A stretch of 64,000 nucleotides of DNA from an uncultured Saprospiraceae bacterium (GTDB lineage Bacteria; Bacteroidota; Bacteroidia; Chitinophagales; Saprospiraceae), in assembly GCA_964594045.1 (NCBI GenBank), contig CAZQKR010000004.1, positions 69,203 to 133,202 on the forward strand. Direction: 5' to 3'. Position numbers and translations under genes: made by a program. Positions within the stretch are counted from its first letter, which is position 1; the number at the start of each line of letters is the position of its first letter. The notes beneath the pieces are model-generated. The model did not search any database, was not told the origin of the DNA, and saw only the letters and a list, made by a program, of their open reading frames with translations. Below, one piece after another: positions 38,485 to 46,666 of this stretch.

Positions 38485-41400
38485 ATGAACCGATTGTTAT
38501 TGACAACAATTATTGGAATCATATGCATGGTTTATGCAAATGGCCATCCTTCATTTTACACTGATCACTCTCATCATTCTTTCATTCCTCAAAACAGTTC
38601 GATCGAAGGCAGAGTCTGGCAGGATAAAAACAAAAACGGTATCCAGGATCCCGGGGACACCGGTATTGGCGGAATTACCATTTTGCTGTTTAATCAGCTG
38701 GATTTGCTTATGGCGATCACCACAACGGACAACAGTGGCGCATATATATTTACTGATTTGGCCGCAGGATCCTATAAACTGAAATTTCCTATGATCCAGG
38801 GGCTCAGGGTGACCGCACAATTTGCAGGCGGTTCCAATGTGGATTCTGATATTAACCGGCTGGGATTCACAAAATTGTTCACTGTGGGATTGAATCAGGC
38901 TGTCCGGTTTTTGGATGCCGGCTATCGGACTGATATAGCAATCAAGGTGAACAGCTCAGTTCAAACATGTTTTGGCAATAGCACGAACCTGGATGCACGT
39001 GTGATCAATGGAAGGCCTCCTTTTACATTCAATTGGAGTCATGGGTTGGGAACAGGAGACAGTAAAACCGTTGCTCCGTCCCAGAATACGACTTACAGGG
39101 TGACGGTTTCGGATTTTTGGGGAAGCCAGGCATCTGCCAGTATCAACGTGCGTGTTACTGCAGGAGTAGGAGAAGAGCAATGTCACATCATTGACAATTT
39201 CAAGAACGGTGGAAGTACAAGCAATTTTTCTTTAGATGTAAGTCCGCTGGATCCGGGCCCGAAAAGTATTACGCAGTCTGCACCAATTGGACTTTTAGGT
39301 AATTCCAGGAATATTATACTGGAGTATATTTCCGGCACCTTGCCTTCAAGCATCAATATTGATCTTGGAAATGGTATTTTTACCCATAGCAATGATGTGG
39401 GATCCATGTCAAAGACTACCCTGTGCTATAATAACAACGGAGCAGGTATTGATTTCGACATATCCCCTTTTGATTATCTCAAGTTTAAAAATATAGAGAT
39501 AGATCAGGGTGGGATCAATATCCAGGCAAGTTTTTGGGATGGTTCCAAAAAAGTGGTTCATACGATGAAGGTTCCGCAGAGCGGGGCAGGTATTTCTGAA
39601 TCCATGGAAATGGTTTTTGCAGATATACCTGATTTTCAAACCATGAATATCCACCATATACAGGAGATTTGCCTGGAGTTTAATGTGGCAGAAGAAAGTG
39701 TTGATTTCCAATTGGTTTCCCTGATGACATGTAAAAATACGGATTGCGGACTGGATCTTGCAGATGATCTTGAGATTTGTTCAGGTGAATCTATTGAAAT
39801 AGCTGCGAATGTTCCCTGTGCCCAGAATCTCATTTATTTATGGGATCAGGGCTTGCCAGGTCAATCAAAACATCTAGTAAGTCCATTAAATTCAACTATT
39901 TATAACGTAACTGTTGTGGATGCGAATGGATGCAGGGTAAACGGGGCCATAGAAGTAAAAGTTCACCCCAAACCCGAGCTCAGCTTAGGCCTTGACAGAG
40001 AGATCTGTATAAATGAGATTTTTTCGGTTTTGCCTGACATCTCAGGTGGAACTGCCCCATTTCAATTCAACTGGAATACAGGAACCCAACTTCCGCAGAT
40101 AACAGACCTTGTTGCAATTGAGGACAGTGAATATGCTCTGACCATTACAGACGTAAATTCCTGCTCGGATTCAGCAAGGGTCCACATCAATGTACTGGAA
40201 AATCCTTCCATTGATTTTACCTCAATTGCCGCAGGTTGTCAACTATCGAACGGCAGTGCAACAGCAATTGTAGTCGATGGATTGCCCCCATATACCTACC
40301 TGTGGAGTAATGGTGATACAGATGCAATTTTGAATGGTGTTGCATCGGGTTTTTACAACCTTACTGTTACGGACAGCAAGGGATGCAAAGCTATAGGACA
40401 GGTTTATGTCGGTGAATTATATTGTGCAAAAATCGGGGATTTTGTCTGGCATGACCTGAATGCAGATGGTATTCAGAATGCAGGTGAGCAGGGCATTCCG
40501 GACATAAGAGTCGAATTGCTGGATCACAACCAGCAATTGTTAAACTTTACCCAGACAAACCAAAACGGGTATTATGTTTTCTCGGCTTTGCCGGCGGGAG
40601 ATTATTATATCCGGTTTATTTTGCCGGCAGGGTATCATTTCAGTGGCGCAAATACAGGGAATGACCCTATGAAAGACAGCAATGCCGATCCTGTGTCAGG
40701 GCTTTCCGGCGTCATCAATCTGACTAATTATGAGGAAGATCTGAGTATAGATGCAGGTATATATCAATACGGACGCATCGGTGATTTTGTATGGCTGGAC
40801 AATAACGGAAACGGTTTGCAGGATATCGGTGAACCAGGTGTTCCGAATGTTTTGGTCAGTCTGCTGAATTGCAATGGCAGTGTGATCAAAACAAGCACAA
40901 CTGATGGTAATGGCCATTATTTATTTGCGGATCTTGTCCCAAACCAGTATAAGATTAAATTTACTTTACCGGCAGGAATGAAACTGGTTGTTCCCGGCCA
41001 GGGAAATGATCCCCAAATCGACAGCGATGCAAATATCCTGACAGGAGAAACAACATGCCTGAATCTGGTCAGCAATCAAACGGAACTTTCATTAGATGCA
41101 GGTACATATTTCCCGGCTAAGATCGGCGATAAGGTTTGGGTAGATTTGAATGCAGACGGGCAGCAAACGGGTGAAGAACCCGGTCTGGCCGGAATTACGG
41201 TTCGTTTGCTGGATTGCAATAACAATGAGATCAAAACAACAAATTCCAGTGCACAGGGCATTTACCTTTTTGATGATCTTGTCCCGGGTTCGTATAAAAT
41301 AGGCTTGATCATTCCAGCCAATTATGAATTGTCACCTTATCAGACTGGTGATCCAGCTTCAGACAGCAATATCGATCCTGCTACCAATACTTCCGGTTGT

Positions 41401-43800
41401 GAAGTGCTCGAAAGCGGTGAGGTGAATCTGAGTTATGATATTGGGTTGTTCCAGAGAGCAGCGATCGGGGATGTTGCGTGGGTGGACAGCAATGGCAACG
41501 GCATTCAGGATACGGGTGAAAACGGATACCCGGGTATGCAGGTACAGTTGTTTGATTGCAACAGCAATTTAATTGCCCAGACCACAACCAATGCTTCAGG
41601 CAACTATAATTTCATCAATTTGCTTCCGGGAAATTATGCAATTAAGTTCAACCTTGGTACAGGATGGTACTTTACCCAATCAGGTCAGGGCAACGATCCT
41701 GCATTTGACAGCAATGTGAACCAGACCACCGGTTTCACCGGATGTGAAACGCTGATCAGCGGAGAAATCAACAACACTTATGATGCCGGTATTTACCAAT
41801 TGGGTAAGGTAGGCGATTTTGTCTGGGATGACACGAATGGAAACGGGTTGCAGGATGGAGGTGAACCAGGTGTCTACAATTACAAGGTGTTGCTGAAAAC
41901 TTGTAACGGCGTCCTTATTCAAACCAAATATACCAACCCCTCAGGATATTACCTTTTCGAAAATATTGTTCCCGGACAATACCTGCTGGATTTTTCTCAA
42001 AATACGGAAGCTTATTTCACGCTTAAAAATCAGGGTACAAACCCGGCAATTGACAGTGATGTGTATCAGGCAACAGGGAAGACATCATGTTTTGCTGTCA
42101 ATACAGGTTCCACCAATTACACTATAGACGCCGGTTTGCTGAATGTGGCCTCTGTTGGTGATTATGTATGGGAAGACCTGAATGGAAATGGTATTCAGGA
42201 GGATGAAGAGCCAGGAATTCAGGGAATTACAGTAAGATTGTTCAAAGTGAATACCAATGGTACTGTATTGATTTCAGAAACAACGACTGATGCGGATGGT
42301 TATTACTCATTCCTGAATATTTCCCCCGGAACCTATCACATCAAGTTGATACTCACCGGAACAGAATGGCAGGCGACACTTCCGAATATTTACGGAGAGG
42401 ATGTGGACAGCGACATCACACATGCCAATGGTTTCAATTCAACCGGCAATTTTGTTTTGTTGCCCGGACAACACAATCCGGACATAGATGCAGGTTTGTA
42501 CATCTGTGCTGAGATCGGTGATTTGGTTTGGTGTGATTTTACACCGAATCACCACTGGCAACCAGGGGAAAATGGAATAAATGGCGTTGAGGTGGAATTG
42601 TACAGGAAAGTAGAGAATACATGGATGTTCTGGACTTCTGTCTTTACCGAAAACCATTCAGGGTCAACACCTGCAGATGGATATTGGTCAGCCTGTGTGA
42701 TCCCGGGAGAATATTATGTCAAATTTAATTTACCTGAAAACTCCAACTTCCTGCCTGTTGACCCGTTCGTCGGAGGCAACGCTGAGTATGATTCCGATGT
42801 TACGAACGCTTTTGGACATTGTACAACTGACGCGTTCACAGTCCAGTCCGGAGATAACCTGACCGATCTGGGTGCAGGATATTACTACGGAAGTATTATC
42901 GGAGACCGTATCTGGTATGATTCCAATCAGAATGGATTGCAGGATACAGGAGAACCGCCTGCCTCCGGTATTTTGGTTGAGTTGTTCGGTGTTGACGGTA
43001 AGATTGCACAAAGGATCACGGATTCCAACGGTAATTTTACCATAGATAATATTATTCCCGGAAGTTATTATTTGAAGTTTTCTCCCGGGGCCTATCAGTT
43101 TACTGTTGCCAATTCCGGAAGCAATGACCATTTAGACAGTGACGTAACCCATGCCAACGGGAATGGAACTACCAGTTGGTTTACAGTTGTAGTTCAGGAG
43201 ATCAACTACTCTTATGATGCCGGACTGGTGAACACAACAGGAAGAATGCAGTGGTATGATCAGGGAGGAAGCTACCAGGGTGACCATAACGAAATCTGGT
43301 GGGAAACGATCGGTGAAGAGATGATTGATCGTTTTGAACTGCAGAGAGCCTATCCGGGCAGCAACCAGTTTGATTTGCTGGACATCATCCAGCCAAAAGG
43401 TGACCGGGATCTTATCCAGAAGTATATCGTTGAAGATCATGACATTGACAAGTCAGGAGTTTATAAATATCGCATCATGTCCAGAGATCTGTTTTCAAAT
43501 GATCAGTACAGTCCTGAGATCCTGATCAATGTGCTCGGGGAAATGAAGATGATTTTATATCCTAATCCGGCAACGGAAAAAGTCAATTTTGCTTTCTATA
43601 ACAAGGAAAAAGATGAGATCAATATCAGTATTTTCAATAATCTGGGTATACTGGTCAAATCTTTTCCGAAAGTTCTGCTAAGCAGGAACAGTGTCTTCTA
43701 CAAGGAAATCTCACTGGATGATCTGCCCGCAGGAAACTACCATGTCAGGGTCATCGGTCAGGACCTCAACTGGACAGCCAATATATCGGTGATGAGGTAA
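38485..43800 (+). CDS. Giant T9SS-secreted adhesin-like protein: SdrD-B/CnaB-type repeats, PKD/SprB-like Cys-containing repeats, and a type-A T9SS C-terminal sorting domain
   Basis: Signal peptide. At least 8 tandem units of about 110 aa beginning G-D-x-V-W-x-D-x-N-x-N-G-x-Q-D/N (GDFVWHDLNADGIQN, GDFVWLDNNGNGLQD, GDKVWVDLNADGQQT, ...) with ...GxYxF...PGxYxI/V motifs. Cys-pair repeats (NSTNLDARVINGRPPFTFNWSHG). C-terminal ILYPNPATEKVNFAF...SIFNNLGILV...GNYHVRV, a Por_Secre_tail-like domain. Confidence 0.85.
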   Translation: MNRLLLTTIIGIICMVYANGHPSFYTDHSHHSFIPQNSSIEGRVWQDKNKNGIQDPGDTGIGGITILLFNQLDLLMAITTTDNSGAYIFTDLAAGSYKLKFPMIQGLRVTAQFAGGSNVDSDINRLGFTKLFTVGLNQAVRFLDAGYRTDIAIKVNSSVQTCFGNSTNLDARVINGRPPFTFNWSHGLGTGDSKTVAPSQNTTYRVTVSDFWGSQASASINVRVTAGVGEEQCHIIDNFKNGGSTSNFSLDVSPLDPGPKSITQSAPIGLLGNSRNIILEYISGTLPSSINIDLGNGIFTHSNDVGSMSKTTLCYNNNGAGIDFDISPFDYLKFKNIEIDQGGINIQASFWDGSKKVVHTMKVPQSGAGISESMEMVFADIPDFQTMNIHHIQEICLEFNVAEESVDFQLVSLMTCKNTDCGLDLADDLEICSGESIEIAANVPCAQNLIYLWDQGLPGQSKHLVSPLNSTIYNVTVVDANGCRVNGAIEVKVHPKPELSLGLDREICINEIFSVLPDISGGTAPFQFNWNTGTQLPQITDLVAIEDSEYALTITDVNSCSDSARVHINVLENPSIDFTSIAAGCQLSNGSATAIVVDGLPPYTYLWSNGDTDAILNGVASGFYNLTVTDSKGCKAIGQVYVGELYCAKIGDFVWHDLNADGIQNAGEQGIPDIRVELLDHNQQLLNFTQTNQNGYYVFSALPAGDYYIRFILPAGYHFSGANTGNDPMKDSNADPVSGLSGVINLTNYEEDLSIDAGIYQYGRIGDFVWLDNNGNGLQDIGEPGVPNVLVSLLNCNGSVIKTSTTDGNGHYLFADLVPNQYKIKFTLPAGMKLVVPGQGNDPQIDSDANILTGETTCLNLVSNQTELSLDAGTYFPAKIGDKVWVDLNADGQQTGEEPGLAGITVRLLDCNNNEIKTTNSSAQGIYLFDDLVPGSYKIGLIIPANYELSPYQTGDPASDSNIDPATNTSGCEVLESGEVNLSYDIGLFQRAAIGDVAWVDSNGNGIQDTGENGYPGMQVQLFDCNSNLIAQTTTNASGNYNFINLLPGNYAIKFNLGTGWYFTQSGQGNDPAFDSNVNQTTGFTGCETLISGEINNTYDAGIYQLGKVGDFVWDDTNGNGLQDGGEPGVYNYKVLLKTCNGVLIQTKYTNPSGYYLFENIVPGQYLLDFSQNTEAYFTLKNQGTNPAIDSDVYQATGKTSCFAVNTGSTNYTIDAGLLNVASVGDYVWEDLNGNGIQEDEEPGIQGITVRLFKVNTNGTVLISETTTDADGYYSFLNISPGTYHIKLILTGTEWQATLPNIYGEDVDSDITHANGFNSTGNFVLLPGQHNPDIDAGLYICAEIGDLVWCDFTPNHHWQPGENGINGVEVELYRKVENTWMFWTSVFTENHSGSTPADGYWSACVIPGEYYVKFNLPENSNFLPVDPFVGGNAEYDSDVTNAFGHCTTDAFTVQSGDNLTDLGAGYYYGSIIGDRIWYDSNQNGLQDTGEPPASGILVELFGVDGKIAQRITDSNGNFTIDNIIPGSYYLKFSPGAYQFTVANSGSNDHLDSDVTHANGNGTTSWFTVVVQEINYSYDAGLVNTTGRMQWYDQGGSYQGDHNEIWWETIGEEMIDRFELQRAYPGSNQFDLLDIIQPKGDRDLIQKYIVEDHDIDKSGVYKYRIMSRDLFSNDQYSPEILINVLGEMKMILYPNPATEKVNFAFYNKEKDEINISIFNNLGILVKSFPKVLLSRNSVFYKEISLDDLPAGNYHVRVIGQDLNWTANISVMR

Positions 43801-43838
43801 AAAATAACGTCAATGGTAACGGGATCATTTCAGACCCA

Positions 43839-44789
43839 TTAAAAAATATTGGAAGGTTTATTATCCATGAAAGACCTGATATTTGAAATGATCCCGTCCA
43901 GCAGCCTTTTCCTGGAAGCATGGGTCGCCCATGCCTGATGAGGGGAAATGATACAGTTTTTGATGCCAAAAAAAGGATGTTCCTTCGCAGGCGGTTCCTC
44001 GCACATCACATCCAGTCCGGCTCCGTAAATCAGACCGCTTTTCAGTGCTTCTGCGAGGTCTTCCTCATGGATGACCAGCCCTCTGGACGTATTGATCAAA
44101 ATGGAAGTCGATTTCATTTTGCGGAAAACTTCCAGGTTGAACATACCTTTGTATTCAGGATAAAAGGGTATATGAATGCTCAGAAAATCTGATCTGCGGA
44201 GCAGTTCTTCAAATCCTGTAAATTCCACACCTTGCATCTGATCACTTTCCGGGTGTCTGTGGTGTGCGATCACTTTCATGTTCATTGCGAGCGCAATCCG
44301 TGCAACTGCCTGTCCGGTTTTGCCAAAACCGAGAATTCCGAATGTATTTCCGGCCAGTTCCTGTATTGGCCTTCTCCAATATGTGAAATTGGGGCTTTGG
44401 CTCCAGATGCCTCTGTGCACCTCAAAACTATAGGTCTCGATCCGGTTGACCAGCGCCAGCAATAATGCAAAAACCTGCTGGGCAACTGAGTCAGTGCTGT
44501 AGCCGGCAACATTGTAGACCTGTATATTGCGATCCCTTGCAGCATGGATATCGATGTGATTATAACCTGTTGCCGCAACGCATATAGCTTTCAGCCCGGG
44601 CAGTGCCTGAATGGTTGAAGCGCTGAAAGGAACTTTGTTGGTGATGATGATGTCCGCATTTATGCTTCGTTCAATTACGAGCTCTGCCGGTGTACGGTCA
44701 TATAAACACAGGTCTCCGCATTCATGTAATGCCTCCCAGCTGAGATCACCGGGATTGGTGGTATAGGCATCCAAAAAAACGATCTTCAT
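43839..44789 (-). CDS. D-isomer-specific 2-hydroxyacid dehydrogenase (glycerate dehydrogenase/hydroxypyruvate reductase-like)
   Basis: Start at the internal Met (MKIVFLDAYT...), because the 50 codons upstream in the track ORF are non-homologous. NAD-binding GILGFGKTGQAVAR. Catalytic region SIHIPF...NTSRG...DV...HQAWAT (Arg/Glu/His triad context). Confidence 0.85.
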   Translation of the reverse strand: MKIVFLDAYTTNPGDLSWEALHECGDLCLYDRTPAELVIERSINADIIITNKVPFSASTIQALPGLKAICVAATGYNHIDIHAARDRNIQVYNVAGYSTDSVAQQVFALLLALVNRIETYSFEVHRGIWSQSPNFTYWRRPIQELAGNTFGILGFGKTGQAVARIALAMNMKVIAHHRHPESDQMQGVEFTGFEELLRRSDFLSIHIPFYPEYKGMFNLEVFRKMKSTSILINTSRGLVIHEEDLAEALKSGLIYGAGLDVMCEEPPAKEHPFFGIKNCIISPHQAWATHASRKRLLDGIISNIRSFMDNKPSNIF

Positions 44790-45081
44790 GGATTTCAAAG
44801 CTTTGTTTTTGTAAAAATCATATCGATGAACAAAGGTAGTATTTATATCGTTAAAAAATATCATATTCAAATTTTCCGGATAATGAGCTCTCAATGTATT
44901 GTGTATCTGAAAATGCGCTGTTTTAATAAGCGAGTACAATGAATGCTTAGAGAAATCGTTAGTAACTGAATAAAAGTGAACTTATCCACGATAAGTATTT
45001 TAATTTTCCTGAACAGTCGAAAATCTCAGGCTTGAAAAGCTTAATTCCTGAATAATTACAAATAAATTTTACTTTTGCAAA

Positions 45082-45390
45082 ATGTTTGGAAATCCTTTGA
45101 AAAAAATCAGCGAACAGCAGGAGCAGCTTAAGCAGCAGCTTGACGCATACATTTTAAAAGAAACCAGCCCGGACGGTTTGTGTTCCTGTACCGTTTCAGG
45201 GTCTAAGAAAATTCTTGAAATCAAAATCAATCAGGATAAATCTGAAATTGAAGATTTTGGTCAACTGGAAAATGCTTTGGTTTCTGTTGTCAATCAGGCT
45301 ATGGAAAAAGCTGATGTGAAAGTTGCCGAGCTGACCCGGAACGTTTTAAGCGATCTTCTGCCTCCCGGTTTTGAAAATTTATTCAAGTAA
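45082..45390 (+). CDS. ybaB: YbaB/EbfC-family nucleoid-associated DNA-binding protein
   Basis: About 100 aa. N-terminal coiled coil (QQEQLKQQLDA). Central ...VSGSKKILEIKINQDK.... C-terminal ...NQAMEKADVKVAELT... as in YbaB. Confidence 0.85.
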   Translation: MFGNPLKKISEQQEQLKQQLDAYILKETSPDGLCSCTVSGSKKILEIKINQDKSEIEDFGQLENALVSVVNQAMEKADVKVAELTRNVLSDLLPPGFENLFK

Positions 45391-45402
45391 TCAATTCATT
45401 TT

Positions 45403-46620
45403 ATGTTGAAGCATCTCAGAATATGGTCTGTTTTATTCACTTGGCTGTTTTTTGTTCCAGCAATTGAAGGTCAGATCACCAACCCGGTGATCAGCCTGGA
45501 TTTCAATGATTGTCAGATCCGGGATAAAGGCATTCAGAATGCAGTGATACAGGTGGGCGGATTGCCTGATTGTGTCTGTGGTCTGGATGGCGATGCGATC
45601 GGTTTGAACGGGGTGGACAACTACATTCATTTTGAGGACGGACTGAGTCATTTGTTCAGTAAGGATTTTACCATCAGTTTTTATGTCCGGATTGAGAATA
45701 CTTCTGGTGTGGTGGACCTGCTGTCTTTCCACAAAACCTGCGTCAGGGATTCATCATTTACACTCAAGTATTTGCCCCAGATCAAACAATTCAGATTTGA
45801 CATGGTGAAAAACCTGTCCAGGTCCACACAGATGCTTTTTCAGTTGGATGAAACCAGTTGCTGGCAGCACATCGTGATCACCAGAAAGGGATTTGATTAC
45901 ACGATCTATCTGAACGGAAAACAGGTCAGTCAGACCAGGGCTGAAACGGATTACATTTACTCGCCTGTTGGCAGTTTTGCCATTTCAGACAGTCCTTGTC
46001 TGGGCACATCCGATGTCAGACTAAAAGGTGTTTTGGAAAACTTCCAGGTATTTGACAGGGCATTTATTGAACTGGATGTGAATTCACTGAATTTGCAGGC
46101 GGATCAGATCGTCAACAGAGATACGACACTTTTGCTCGGAGATCAGCTGCAAATCGAAATGGGACCAAGTTGTTACACAGCTTTTTGGTGGGACAATCAG
46201 TCAGACCTGAACGATCCGGATGCCTTTGAGCCGGTGATCAAGCCGACTGAAACAACCCTCTATACCGTTTATATCCGGAATGGTGATTGCATCGCGAGGG
46301 ATTCCATCTCAATTTTTATTCAGGATCCGGATAAAGTTGACTGCAATCAGCTATTGTTGCCCAATACTTTTACACCCAACGGTGATAAGCTCAACGATGT
46401 TTTTGAGATCAGCAATAAGTATATCGTGGAAGACATCATGAGTTTTAATATTTTCAACAGACAGGGTGGGAGAGTGTTTTCAGGAACGGATAAGCACAGC
46501 TCCTGGGACGGTAATTACCTGGGCTCAAAGCTCAATCCGGAAAAATTTGCCTACATCATCGAATATACCTGCAAGGGAGAACAATATACCAAAAAAGGTA
46601 CAGTCAGCCTGATCAGGTAA
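45403..46620 (+). CDS. T9SS cargo: LamG/ConA-like jelly-roll domain protein with type-B (CHU_C-like) C-terminal sorting domain
   Basis: Signal peptide. LamG-like segment (GLNGVDNYIHFEDG...FTISFYVRIEN...WQHIVITRKGFDYTIYLNGKQ). C-terminal LLPNTFTPNGDKLNDVF...FNIFNRQGGRVF...NPEKFAYIIEY. Confidence 0.75.
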   Translation: MLKHLRIWSVLFTWLFFVPAIEGQITNPVISLDFNDCQIRDKGIQNAVIQVGGLPDCVCGLDGDAIGLNGVDNYIHFEDGLSHLFSKDFTISFYVRIENTSGVVDLLSFHKTCVRDSSFTLKYLPQIKQFRFDMVKNLSRSTQMLFQLDETSCWQHIVITRKGFDYTIYLNGKQVSQTRAETDYIYSPVGSFAISDSPCLGTSDVRLKGVLENFQVFDRAFIELDVNSLNLQADQIVNRDTTLLLGDQLQIEMGPSCYTAFWWDNQSDLNDPDAFEPVIKPTETTLYTVYIRNGDCIARDSISIFIQDPDKVDCNQLLLPNTFTPNGDKLNDVFEISNKYIVEDIMSFNIFNRQGGRVFSGTDKHSSWDGNYLGSKLNPEKFAYIIEYTCKGEQYTKKGTVSLIR

Positions 46621-46666
46621 ACTGACAACAGATCCGATTGTTTTTGGTGTTCAGTTTAAAACGACT

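Noticed and set aside
43839-44939. Longer 366-aa form of the 2-hydroxyacid dehydrogenase starting at 44939
   Set aside because: The first 50 codons (MYSLIKTAHFQIHNTLRAHYPENLN...) have no counterpart in the family and overlap the AT-rich intergenic region. The conserved N-terminus MKIVFLDAYT begins at 44789.
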